This document shows, piece after piece, positions 9,272-18,236 of a DNA stretch of 35,833 nucleotides (the first letter of the stretch is position 1; the number at the start of each line of letters is the position of its first letter). Made by a program: the position numbers and the translations under genes. The DNA is from a virus (taxonomy: Duplodnaviria > Caudoviricetes). The stretch spans positions 1-35,833 of the IMG/VR virus record IMGVR_UViG_3300048850_000165. One strand, written 5' to 3'. The notes beneath the pieces are model-generated. The model searched no databases. It was not told the origin of the DNA and saw only the letters and a program-made list of their open reading frames with translations.

Positions 9272-10063
9272 TTATGGACCGGCCAGCAGCGCCTGGAAGG
9301 TGGGATACGCGGTCATCAGTGATCCCAGGGACGGGTACACGAACAGGTCGGCGAGAGTCCGCTGGGACTGGGAGCCGCCCACCGGGGCGTCGACGACCGT
9401 CACCGGCAGCGACCACATGCGCCCCGGCTCCCCGGCCATGCGCGTGACCGAGGACTCAGCGACATCCCCAACCGACACGTACTCGGTGGGGCGTCCCCAC
9501 CCCTTCGTGGCGGGAACATTGAGCAGTAGGGAGTCGCCACTGTCGAGCAGGTCATTCAGCTTTTCCCGCTCGACCTGACTAGCTGTGTAGACCGAGAGGT
9601 CGTATTCGGCCGACTTGCGCGCGCCGTCGGTCTGCACAACGGGCGTTCCGCGGCCCATCGGGTAGAAGACACCGCGGGTGACTTTGCGGGTGCGCTCTCC
9701 CCAGGCGGCGACCGTAATCGGCATGGACAAGGCGGGGACGCCCGGATGAATCAGCCACACCTGCGACGCGGCCACGGTCACCTGCGCGGAAACGGTGCCG
9801 GCCGAGGCCGTGGTGGAATAGGACACGGAAGCCCCGAAAGGCATCTCGTAGTCGTAGAGCAGACCGACCCGAGTTGATCCTGACGTGGTCAAAGACAGCG
9901 GATTGCCGTCCCCGGTGCGCACCACCGAGGTGGTTCCGTCGGGGTTTAGTCGGGTGACCGTCACACTGAACAGTGCAGGCGTACCCGTATCGGTTACATT
10001 CAGCCGCACCCGGGGTGGCACGTTGCTCGCCTCAACGGTGGGCACAACGGTCACAGTGCTCAC
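9272..10063 (-). CDS. minor tail protein (distal-tail-like)
   Basis: follows tape measure; DYEMPFG.SVSY and WLIHPG.P motifs. Confidence 0.75.
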   Translation of the reverse strand: MSTVTVVPTVEASNVPPRVRLNVTDTGTPALFSVTVTRLNPDGTTSVVRTGDGNPLSLTTSGSTRVGLLYDYEMPFGASVSYSTTASAGTVSAQVTVAASQVWLIHPGVPALSMPITVAAWGERTRKVTRGVFYPMGRGTPVVQTDGARKSAEYDLSVYTASQVEREKLNDLLDSGDSLLLNVPATKGWGRPTEYVSVGDVAESSVTRMAGEPGRMWSLPVTVVDAPVGGSQSQRTLADLFVYPSLGSLMTAYPTFQALLAGP

Positions 10064-10066
10064 GGG

Positions 10067-13000
10067 CTAATACCTTTGCCGGTTGTCGATAGCGGTGATG
10101 ACGCTTACCACGCGACCTTCAAGAAGGTCGGTGACCGCCTCACGGTCCAGCTGCAACATGACCTGCGCCGGCGCTCCGCTCAACGCGGCTTCCTGTTCCG
10201 CAGTTCGAATCCGCTCAGGCTGCCCAGTGCCATTGAAGGCAACTGTGTAACCGGGCTGTAGCCAGCCCCCGTCGTCGAACGTGCCCAGGTGCGCCCGTTC
10301 AGTGAATAGGCCATTGGATGCGGAGCGGGCGCTACCACCGACTCGTACGCCGACGCTGCCCGTGGATTCCACCGGCACGCCCAGCAGGGTGCCGGCCATG
10401 TGCCCGATGCCATCGCCGGCATTCGGCGTCGACCCGATCGTGAACATGCCATTGCCGGCCGAAAAGCCGGACCATGGAAACGAGGCGGTCGAGCCCAGGC
10501 GGGCGTAGGGAGAGTTCCCGCGGATTACGTTGGTGATCGCCGACATGAACCCTGAGCAGTCATATCCTGACGGACCAGCGGAACCCCAAATGTAGGGCTT
10601 GCCGACCTGGGACTTCGCCCACTGCAACGCCCCGATGAACCCCTGTACTGGCTCGTATCGGTCGATTACCTGGCCTGCCAGGGCGTTCATGTTCGCGTTG
10701 TAGGTTCGGGCATCAAGCTCGGCTGCGATGCTCACCGGCGCCCCGACGGCGCCGCCCTCGGCAAATCCGAGCAGCGACTTCCGCCATGCGCGAATCGCGT
10801 CGTGCCCGCCTGCGGCACTCACCTCGCGCGCGGTCAGGACATGCTCGCCGTTGGACAGCAGCGCCGGGATCGAGTCCGACGTGCCTGTACCGGGTCCGGA
10901 CACGGGGCCACCCACCGCGTACGTGCCCATCCGTCCGGATCCTGAGGCCGAGCCGTTCAGGTCGGGCATGATCGCCCGGGCCACGATGTCCACGGTGCGA
11001 CCGCGTAGGCCGTCGATCTGCGCTTGCAGTCCCGTGACCGCCGCCGTGGCCTGCGCAGTGTTTGCCGTGAACTGCGTCGTCCGCTCCGCGGGAACGCCAA
11101 GCACCTGATCGGCCAATGTCTCCGCCGCGACCCCGGTGATGCCCATCTGGGCGGCCGACTCGATGAAGCTGGCGCGCAGCTGGGCGTCCGCAGCGGTGGC
11201 GTCGCTCAAAGTGGCGCCCTGCTGGATCAAGGTCGCGATGTACTGGTTACCTGCGTCGCGGATACCGAACAGCACGTCCTGCGCCTTGCGACCATTCTCG
11301 GAGTGCAGGTCCAGAGCACCAGCAGCGTCGAGGACGCTGCCGCCTTCCTCTGTCAGGGCTGCGGTGGCTGCGTCCGCCGCCGCGTAGAGGCCGGCCTGCG
11401 CCTCGACAAGGCTGATGTGCGCGCCGGTCAGGATGTCCAGGGAGGTCTTGAAGAGATCCGTCTGGGTCCGGGCCTCACCAGCGGCGTCGGCTGTGTCCTG
11501 CAGGTCGGCCGTGAGCTGATCCGCCGCCTGGGCAGCGAGCCCCATGCCGACCGACGACTCGTTGCTCGCCTCGGCAAGCTGGAGCGCGTCGCTGGTAGTT
11601 GTGCCGGTCTGCCCGGCTAGATCGTTGAGAGCGTCGAGAGCACGGTTAGCGGCACGACCTTCGGAGTCGATGGCATCCGCGGCGGCCCGCACACCAGGAC
11701 CTGCGTGAATCGTGTGCTCGTCGACATACGCCTTGAGCCGCTCGCGCACCGCATCTAGCGCAGCACCCTGGTTGGTGATGGCGCTTGTGACCGACGGGAG
11801 TGAGATGCCGATGTCATCTGCCACGTCGAGCAGTCCGGCGTCCTGCGCGGCCTTGGCCGCGGCCTGCCGGACTGACTCGTTGATGACACCGTTGGCGGCG
11901 CGCAGGGCATCCGCGTAGTCCTGCGTTGCTTGGGTCGTCTTCTTCGTCTGCGCATCGGAGTCGCCGAGCACGCTCGACAGCAGCGTGACCCCAACAGTTG
12001 CTCCCGCGAGTGCGATGCCCCACGGTCCGCCGAAAACGCCAGTCAGCCCGCCCAGGCCGGCCTTGGCGACCCCGCCCGCTCCGCCCAGTCCGCCGATCGA
12101 GTCCTTCAACATCAGCGCACGCAGGGCGGCCGTCTCGCCCAAATCGCCAATTGTCTGGAACAGGCTTCCGACTGGACCCTTGAGCGCCGCCGCGGCGACC
12201 AACCCACCGACGAGGGCCTGGACTGGTGTGGGGAGGTCGGTGAAGAAGCCGACGACATCGCCGCCGACATCGACGACGCCCTTGAAGAGGTCCACGACCA
12301 GGCCCAACCCCGGCCCGAGCGTGCCCGCCACCTCGCCGCCAACGTCCTGAACGGCGGGCAGGACATCGTCGATCATGAAGCCGGCGAATCGGTCCACGTA
12401 GGGGATGAGTTCAGCGCCCAGAGACTCCGCCAGGTCACCAAGACGCTGCTGTAGCTGTCCGAAGGGCGTGGCCGCGGCCTCGGCAGCACCGCCGAACTCC
12501 TTGGACAGCTCCGCCAGGATCAGCTTCTGCGCGTCCATCGTCCGGCCGGACTCGACCAGCGTTGTGATCTGTTCCTTCTGCGACGCGGTGAACGACACGC
12601 CGACCCGCTGAAGGGCGGTCACGCCCTTGATCGGGTCGTTGAGCGCCTTGCCCAGCTGCAGCGCGCTGGAGCTGCTGTCCTGGCCCAGGGCCACCGACAT
12701 GTCGGTGATGGTGGCCGTCGCCTGGTCGAAGATGTTGTTGCCCTTGCCGACCTCGTTGCGGACGTTGGTGAACGTCAGCAGCAGGTTCTGGCCGGACTGG
12801 ATCGCCTCGTCATCGACGCCGGTCTTCTTCGCGATCGCCGACGCCAGGTCCCCGACCTGCTTGGCCGACACGCCAGCAGCGCCGCCGGTGGACCGGATGA
12901 CGTTGGTGGTCAGCGCGCCGATCTTCGCCGACTCCGCCGCGGCTTCATACAGGGACTTGAAGCCGGAGATCAGCCCGGCTCCGAGCAGGGCACCCCCGGC

Positions 13001-13144
13001 GAGCTTCATGCCCTTGGCAATCAGGTTGCCGGAGGCCTCACCCTGCTTGCCGGCCCGCTCGGCGGAGTCCCCAACGTCCTTGAACGCGCGGGAAGCGGAA
13101 AGGTCCCGCCCGATCAGGTCGAAGACCAAGCTCAAGTTGGCCAC
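10067..13144 (-). CDS. tape measure protein with C-terminal NlpC/P60-like hydrolase
   Basis: 1025 aa Ala-rich; LGKALNDPIKG..AL.RVG, GGPV.GPGTGTSDSIPA.LSNGE, GKPYIWG...PSGYDCSG. Confidence 0.92.
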   Translation of the reverse strand: MANLSLVFDLIGRDLSASRAFKDVGDSAERAGKQGEASGNLIAKGMKLAGGALLGAGLISGFKSLYEAAAESAKIGALTTNVIRSTGGAAGVSAKQVGDLASAIAKKTGVDDEAIQSGQNLLLTFTNVRNEVGKGNNIFDQATATITDMSVALGQDSSSSALQLGKALNDPIKGVTALQRVGVSFTASQKEQITTLVESGRTMDAQKLILAELSKEFGGAAEAAATPFGQLQQRLGDLAESLGAELIPYVDRFAGFMIDDVLPAVQDVGGEVAGTLGPGLGLVVDLFKGVVDVGGDVVGFFTDLPTPVQALVGGLVAAAALKGPVGSLFQTIGDLGETAALRALMLKDSIGGLGGAGGVAKAGLGGLTGVFGGPWGIALAGATVGVTLLSSVLGDSDAQTKKTTQATQDYADALRAANGVINESVRQAAAKAAQDAGLLDVADDIGISLPSVTSAITNQGAALDAVRERLKAYVDEHTIHAGPGVRAAADAIDSEGRAANRALDALNDLAGQTGTTTSDALQLAEASNESSVGMGLAAQAADQLTADLQDTADAAGEARTQTDLFKTSLDILTGAHISLVEAQAGLYAAADAATAALTEEGGSVLDAAGALDLHSENGRKAQDVLFGIRDAGNQYIATLIQQGATLSDATAADAQLRASFIESAAQMGITGVAAETLADQVLGVPAERTTQFTANTAQATAAVTGLQAQIDGLRGRTVDIVARAIMPDLNGSASGSGRMGTYAVGGPVSGPGTGTSDSIPALLSNGEHVLTAREVSAAGGHDAIRAWRKSLLGFAEGGAVGAPVSIAAELDARTYNANMNALAGQVIDRYEPVQGFIGALQWAKSQVGKPYIWGSAGPSGYDCSGFMSAITNVIRGNSPYARLGSTASFPWSGFSAGNGMFTIGSTPNAGDGIGHMAGTLLGVPVESTGSVGVRVGGSARSASNGLFTERAHLGTFDDGGWLQPGYTVAFNGTGQPERIRTAEQEAALSGAPAQVMLQLDREAVTDLLEGRVVSVITAIDNRQRY

Positions 13145-13147
13145 GAC

Positions 13148-13609
13148 TTAGACCTGCCCGCGGAGCAGTCGACGGGTGAAGCCGTTCATCGCCTCTACGA
13201 CAGCCGCCTGCACCTCGGGGCCGGACTCCTTCAGCGGGTCCTCGAAATAGCCCTTGAGCCGCGGCACGTACTGGATGACGGGAGGCTTCCGGCCGAACAC
13301 CGGGTGCTGAATGCGACCGAGATCGTTGATGCGCGGGTCGACCTTGGTGCCAACGATCCGCACCCCCGCCGTCTTCGCACCCGTCCGGGTCTGAACGCGG
13401 ACCGGCTTCTTCGCCAGGGCCTCGTTCAGGCCACCTTCCTTCGGAGCCCGGTCGCGGGCCGACTGCTTGACCTTCTTGGGCAGCGGCTTAGCGGCGTCTC
13501 GAACTGTCCTGTGGAACTCCTTGCGCAGCCCGGTCTCCCCGGCGTCCTTGAGCGCCTTCGAGACAGTCAGGAAGTCGCGGGCCCCGCGGGTGGTGATGCC
13601 GTTCGCCAT
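13148..13609 (-). CDS. HK97 gp10-like tail completion protein
   Basis: 153 aa basic protein from ATG 13609; G.I.HPVFG and GYF motifs. Confidence 0.7.
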   Translation of the reverse strand: MANGITTRGARDFLTVSKALKDAGETGLRKEFHRTVRDAAKPLPKKVKQSARDRAPKEGGLNEALAKKPVRVQTRTGAKTAGVRIVGTKVDPRINDLGRIQHPVFGRKPPVIQYVPRLKGYFEDPLKESGPEVQAAVVEAMNGFTRRLLRGQV

Positions 13610-14040
13610 CACGCCACCCCCAGGGCTCGTCGTTCCTCTAGTTGCTCGACTTCCTCCACCGACAGCGCAGCGACGTGTGTCGGCTCGGAGATCAGCCATG
13701 CATCGAGCGCTGCCTGCTCCACCGGGAACGACGGCAACTGCGCTGGCTCTACGCGACCAATCAGCGCCTGCCGATCGGTGAGGACCCGGCGCTCCAGCTG
13801 CTCGACCTGCAACAGATAGGCCAGGTCGCAAAGGTCGGTGCCGGTCAGGCCGCGGAACGCGCCTCGTGCGCCTGTAGCACCATCAGCGCCTTGTCCGGGC
13901 GCCCCTCCGCTTCGAGCCGGGTCTTCACCCGCAGCCACTCCTCCGCCTGCTCCGCGACCGGAGAGGAGGAGTCGCCCACGGAGCTCGGCTCGGTGGAGTC
14001 CGGCCCATCCGAGGAGTCGGAGGGCCGCGAAGTAGGGCGG
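13609..14040 (-). CDS. -1 frame extension of tail assembly chaperone (gpGT-like)
   Basis: -1 frame open from CCGCCCTAC to stop at 13609: PYFAALRLLGWAGLHRAELRGRLLLSG...LTGTDLCDLAYLLQVEQLERR; no good independent start or RBS. Confidence 0.6.
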   Translation of the reverse strand, partial: PPYFAALRLLGWAGLHRAELRGRLLLSGRGAGGGVAAGEDPARSGGAPGQGADGATGARGAFRGLTGTDLCDLAYLLQVEQLERRVLTDRQALIGRVEPAQLPSFPVEQAALDAWLISEPTHVAALSVEEVEQLEERRALGVA

Positions 14041-14315
14041 TCTGTCTGCCCGGTGATCACCTTCCGGACCAGCAGCATCAGGTCCTTGTCCGATGCCCGG
14101 GTCTTCTTCGCGTGCCGGCGGAAACGGTCCCAGTCCTCTGGCTCGATGACTGACTCGAGCAGGTCGAACATGGCGGCCAAGCCGGCGAGATCGTTGGAGT
14201 CGACATCGCCCTGCGCGATGGACGCGAACTCCATCAGCGCCATCGGCGGTACCGGGAACGACGCGGCGAACTCTGCGCCCTTGAAGCGGACCACCCGGTC
14301 GTCAGCTTCAGACAC
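13845..14315 (-). CDS. tail assembly chaperone
   Basis: between major tail and TMP; DWDRF and RPTSRPSDSSDG motifs. Confidence 0.8.
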   Translation of the reverse strand: MSEADDRVVRFKGAEFAASFPVPPMALMEFASIAQGDVDSNDLAGLAAMFDLLESVIEPEDWDRFRRHAKKTRASDKDLMLLVRKVITGQTDRPTSRPSDSSDGPDSTEPSSVGDSSSPVAEQAEEWLRVKTRLEAEGRPDKALMVLQAHEARSAA

Positions 14316-14904
14316 GGTTGAGCCCGGCGCCCCAGATCTTGAAGGGCTGCACCCCGGCAGTCATCGGGATCTCCAGGTTGAAGGTGCACGGGATCGCCGC
14401 GATGTTGGGTGCCTTCTGGAAGGCCGAGGAGATCTCTCCACCCTGGATGCACTGACGCATCAAGATGCGAACCGTGGCGTCCGTGGACTCCCACATGATC
14501 ATCGAGCGGACCTCGGACCCGGGGGCCGGCGGTTCGAACGTGGACAGCTCCGTGCCGGTCGTGCCGGTCGGGGTCAGGGCCGCCACGCCGCCGTTTAGCG
14601 CGCGCTTGTAGTTGGACAGTGTCCAGTTCGCCAGGTTGAAGGCCATGCTGCCGCCGCGCTCCGTGGTGGCGTACTTGATGGGGTCGAAGAACTCCGCAAC
14701 CCGAATCGCCTCCACCGTCGTCGAGTAGGCGAACGTCGACCCGTCGGTGGTGGCGCCGAATGGAATCCACGCAGCGGGCAGTGCGTCGGTGAACTTGGAG
14801 CCGGTCACAGACGGGGTTGGCTCAGCGGTCCCGATCGGAGCCACCCACAGGTAGCCAGGGTCGGTGATGACGTTGGGAGCGGCGAAATTGGCCGGAGCAG
14901 GCAT
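14308..14904 (-). CDS. major tail (tube) protein
   Basis: 198 aa; G.LWVAP.GT.EP, W...G.T.DG..F motifs. Confidence 0.85.
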   Translation of the reverse strand: MPAPANFAAPNVITDPGYLWVAPIGTAEPTPSVTGSKFTDALPAAWIPFGATTDGSTFAYSTTVEAIRVAEFFDPIKYATTERGGSMAFNLANWTLSNYKRALNGGVAALTPTGTTGTELSTFEPPAPGSEVRSMIMWESTDATVRILMRQCIQGGEISSAFQKAPNIAAIPCTFNLEIPMTAGVQPFKIWGAGLNRV

Positions 14905-14909
14905 CTAAG

Positions 14910-15146
14910 TCAGCCCTTCGAGGTGTCGGTGGTGATGCCGGCCGCCTCGCGGCCCGCCTTGGTGGTGACCTTCGCTACCTGGTCGGCGCGCACGACGCCC
15001 CCACTCACGTGGGAGACGGGAACGGCGTCGCCTTCGTTGAAGGCGCGCACCCCCTCAATGTCGATCGCGGTCACAGCCACGTAGGTTCCGTACTCGGCCC
15101 GCTGCTGCTCCCGCAGCTCCTGAGCGGTCATTGGGCTGTCAGCCAT
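14910..15146 (-). CDS. small hypothetical virion-morphogenesis protein
   Basis: 78 aa, AAGGAG RBS, GVRAFN.GD.VP.SHV motif. Confidence 0.7.
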   Translation of the reverse strand: MADSPMTAQELREQQRAEYGTYVAVTAIDIEGVRAFNEGDAVPVSHVSGGVVRADQVAKVTTKAGREAAGITTDTSKG

Positions 15147-15218
15147 TCGGGGGCTCCTTCATCGCAGTTCCGGGAGTGGGGCGGTACGTTGCGCATTCGT
15201 TCCAGATTGGGGAATTCA

Positions 15219-15569
15219 GTGAGTAACCGGCTCGCGGTCGCCTGGCTCGCCGCACTGCTGTTCACGGCAGGACTGATCGCGGGACTGGTGCCCGTCCACG
15301 CGAACGAGGTGTCATGCGGTGCCGCGTTCTCGGGCGGCAACTTCGACGCGACCGCGGCGCAATTCGGCGACGACATCGGCGATGCAATGTCGGGCTACGA
15401 CTTCAGCAAGACCGATTACGAGGCCGACTGCGCTGATCGGCGCTCCTCCCAGCGACTGCTGGTGGTTCCGGCGCTGGTCTTGGCTGGTCTTGTCGGCGGA
15501 TTCCTGCTGCTCACCGCGAACTTCGGGGGACCCGTCTCTGCGCCTACACGGACCGAGACAGATAGCTGA
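15219..15569 (+). CDS. antisense moron: 2-TM membrane protein with Cys pair
   Basis: GTG 15219 after GGGGA; TM-CG...C..RR..RR-TM; own -10 TACGTT at 15185-15190. Confidence 0.7.
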   Translation: MSNRLAVAWLAALLFTAGLIAGLVPVHANEVSCGAAFSGGNFDATAAQFGDDIGDAMSGYDFSKTDYEADCADRRSSQRLLVVPALVLAGLVGGFLLLTANFGGPVSAPTRTETDS

Positions 15570-16002
15570 CCGTCACTGCGAGTCGCTGTTCTGAGCCGCT
15601 GGTGGTCTGGGCCGGCTGCACGTCAACCGACAGCGAGACGGTGGACGAGGCGCCGAGAACCCCCAACGTCTCGTCGCGCGAGATCTCGGCCTCCCACGCA
15701 TCCGCCAGAGCGAACGCGCGGTTCCGTACCGCCGGGAGGTCTACGTCTCCGGTAGTGCAGACGATCTCCGAGCGGATGGATCCGTTCTCCTGGAGAGCAC
15801 CCGCCCAGCCACCCTCGGCGTTGCGCGCTTGCTCGTACGTGCCACCGAAGTCTTCGCCGACGACGTAGCCGATCGTGCAGTAGTCGGTGGGGGCTTCTGC
15901 GGTGACTGGCGGACCGTCGTAGACGGCCACATCGGACCAGCCCGGAAGCGTGGGCAACAGTTCAAGCAGCCGCTCGATGAGACGCGGCCACGCCGCACTC
16001 AT
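15544..16002 (-). CDS. tail terminator-like protein
   Basis: VYDGP, D.TLG motifs; position after head-tail connector. Confidence 0.75.
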   Translation of the reverse strand: MSAAWPRLIERLLELLPTLPGWSDVAVYDGPPVTAEAPTDYCTIGYVVGEDFGGTYEQARNAEGGWAGALQENGSIRSEIVCTTGDVDLPAVRNRAFALADAWEAEISRDETLGVLGASSTVSLSVDVQPAQTTSGSEQRLAVTVSYLSRSV

Positions 16003-16523
16003 GCGATCTGCGCCCCGTGCCGGATGAACGGCTCCAGCAGCTCCTTCGCGCGGTTCGGGATCGCGTAGCCGATACCTCCCGCGAACGGGACGTCCATGTC
16101 AGGCCGCTGAAGGGCCAAAGCACTCGGAGACGTGCCCCGCTGGGTCTCCCAGAGGTGACCCGTGATGATCGCTGTCGCCAACGTGACGGCGGCAGGGACG
16201 CCCTCACGGCCGGCGGTGTAGGCGACGGTCATCGACCGGAGCGACGGAGGAAGGTCGTGCAGCAGTCCGGCGGCGCGGTTCACGAGGTAGCCGGTCACCG
16301 CGCCGTCGAGCTGCACGTCACCGACGACCGGCCGATGGGACAGAATCGCCGTCCCGCCGTGTACGGCCACAGTTTCGGTGACGTCGTCGACTCCGAAGGA
16401 GCCGACCAGCGAGCGAACAACGTCGTTGGCCGCCTCCAACATCAGGCCGAGTTCGTCGTCGTTCGCAGTCGAGGTCATGTTGAGGTGCGCCTTGACTGCG
16501 GAGAGCGACGCAAACGCGGCCAC
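15999..16523 (-). CDS. head-tail connector (gp6-like)
   Basis: VKAHLN...DDEL...LEAA, YTAG, LWETQRG, P.RA.ELL motifs. Confidence 0.85.
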   Translation of the reverse strand: MAAFASLSAVKAHLNMTSTANDDELGLMLEAANDVVRSLVGSFGVDDVTETVAVHGGTAILSHRPVVGDVQLDGAVTGYLVNRAAGLLHDLPPSLRSMTVAYTAGREGVPAAVTLATAIITGHLWETQRGTSPSALALQRPDMDVPFAGGIGYAIPNRAKELLEPFIRHGAQIA

Positions 16524-16526
16524 CGC

Positions 16527-16694
16527 TCAGTCCTTCAGCTTCGGATCGATCGACGAGTCCGGACGGGGCTCGACCACGATCGCGTCGAGCGCCTTCCGCT
16601 CGGCCTCACGGATGTCGGCGAGGACCGGGTCGAGGTAGATCTCGTCCTGGCCCTTCGCGTCATCCGAGGGCTGCTCACACTTCCGGCGAGCCAT
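16527..16694 (-). CDS. small hypothetical protein after capsid gene
   Basis: 55 aa MARRKCEQP..., ATG overlaps capsid stop. Confidence 0.6.
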   Translation of the reverse strand: MARRKCEQPSDDAKGQDEIYLDPVLADIREAERKALDAIVVEPRPDSSIDPKLKD

Positions 16695-17626
16695 CAGGAC
16701 GCCGGCGTCGTCTCGGTGTACTTGACGAACGCTGCGGTGTCGTTGATCAGGAAGCCGTACTCGGCCTCTGCCCGGATCGCGACGAGGTTGTTCTCCCACA
16801 GGGAGACCAGCGAACCGTTGATCGTCACCGTGGTCTCGGTGGAGACGTCGTAGGTGATGCCACCGACCGAGCCCCAGACAGCCTGCGACCAGTCGCCGGC
16901 GTAGGCGACGGGGTAGGCGGTGGACGTGGAACCCGGGACCGGTGCCGCGACGCCGGCACCCATGAACGACGGCCGGTTGAGCAGACGGCCGGGGCGGGCC
17001 ACCGCGCTCGAGGTGGCGTCGTAGGGCAGGTCGACGTACAGCGGGCGACCCGTGGTGTCGACGGCGCCCAGGATGGTCGGCTCCACCGTGTCATCGAGAG
17101 CGAAGCCGGTCAGCTTCTTGCCGTCGTTGACCAGCGCCTTGAGGCCGTTCACGAGGTCGGTGTGCACCCCACCGGCGTTGGCTGCGGCGGTACCGAGCTC
17201 GACCGCCTTGGCGGTGTCGTCGATGTCCTGAGCGAACGGCGACGAGGTGCCGTGGAAGGTGGCGGCGTCGAACGCGATCGCGAACGCCTCCGCGATGTCC
17301 TCGCGCAGCACGTTCACGTAGTTGCCGGGGTTGGCGCGGACGACCTCGGCGGAGACCACCGCGATAGCGGCGAGCTTCTTCGGGGTCATCGTCTTGAGCG
17401 TCATCGCGCCCTTGGTGGCCGGCTTCTTGCCACCCTCCGACACCCAGCCCGCGGTGGGCTTGGTGGTGACGACGGGGATCTCGACGCCGTTGATGCCCAG
17501 CGGCACCTGGCGGGCGAGCTGCTGCATGACGGACATGCGGCGGGCCTGCTCGAAGATGGGGCCAGCCTGGTCAGGGCTGAGGAACCCGGAGAAGTCTCCG
17601 GTGACCGTCGCGGCGGTGATCGCCAT
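16694..17626 (-). CDS. major capsid protein (HK97 fold)
   Basis: 310 aa; P.A.WV.EG..KP, KKLAAI..VS.E, GDWSQ..WG.VG.I, SLWENNLVAIRAE.EYG. Confidence 0.93.
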   Translation of the reverse strand: MAITAATVTGDFSGFLSPDQAGPIFEQARRMSVMQQLARQVPLGINGVEIPVVTTKPTAGWVSEGGKKPATKGAMTLKTMTPKKLAAIAVVSAEVVRANPGNYVNVLREDIAEAFAIAFDAATFHGTSSPFAQDIDDTAKAVELGTAAANAGGVHTDLVNGLKALVNDGKKLTGFALDDTVEPTILGAVDTTGRPLYVDLPYDATSSAVARPGRLLNRPSFMGAGVAAPVPGSTSTAYPVAYAGDWSQAVWGSVGGITYDVSTETTVTINGSLVSLWENNLVAIRAEAEYGFLINDTAAFVKYTETTPAS

Positions 17627-17658
17627 GAGATGTCTCCTGGGTCAGAGGCGCCCGGACA

Positions 17659-18183
17659 TCAGCCGATGCCGAGCTTTCGCTTGAGTGCCTGTTCGATCCC
17701 GTCGCCGTTGAGGGCGATGGGCGGGGTGCCGCGCACGCCGAGGTCGGCGTCTCCGACAGGGCGGGGGTTCGTCGCGGGCTCGGGTACGAGTCGCGTGACG
17801 GCGGCGGTGATCGCCTCGATGTCCGGCTCTCCGTCGTCACCGACGAAGCGCGCGAGGTTCAGGTCGTCCATGACCGCCTCCGCGACGAACGCGGGATTGC
17901 GGCGGGCGGCCTCGGCCGCGAAGGACGCACGGACGAGCCGGGTACCGAACTCGGTAGCGGCGGCCGTGCGGCCCCGCTGTTCGGCCTCGGCGATAGCACG
18001 CTCCGCCTCGGTCATGGATGCCTGGCGCTGCTGCTCCAGGTCACGAGCGGCCTTCTGGTGCTCCTTGGACCGCTGCTCCCACTTGCGGGCAGCGGCCTTC
18101 CAGTCGGTCTGGTCGTTCTCCTGCTCGTCCGGCTGTGCAGCCGACGGCTGTTCCTGGGCAGGCTCGGTTGAGGCCTCGGACAT
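17659..18183 (-). CDS. capsid scaffolding protein
   Basis: DWKA.ARKWE.RSK, coiled coil, position between portal and capsid. Confidence 0.85.
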   Translation of the reverse strand: MSEASTEPAQEQPSAAQPDEQENDQTDWKAAARKWEQRSKEHQKAARDLEQQRQASMTEAERAIAEAEQRGRTAAATEFGTRLVRASFAAEAARRNPAFVAEAVMDDLNLARFVGDDGEPDIEAITAAVTRLVPEPATNPRPVGDADLGVRGTPPIALNGDGIEQALKRKLGIG

Positions 18184-18236
18184 TGATGGCTCCCGTGCGG
18201 GAAAGACCCCGGCGCCCGTGCGGGCAGTGGGGTTGG

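Noticed and set aside
10280-10640. NlpC/P60-like domain on tape measure protein as a novelty
   Set aside because: Cell-wall hydrolase domains on TMPs are common in actinophages
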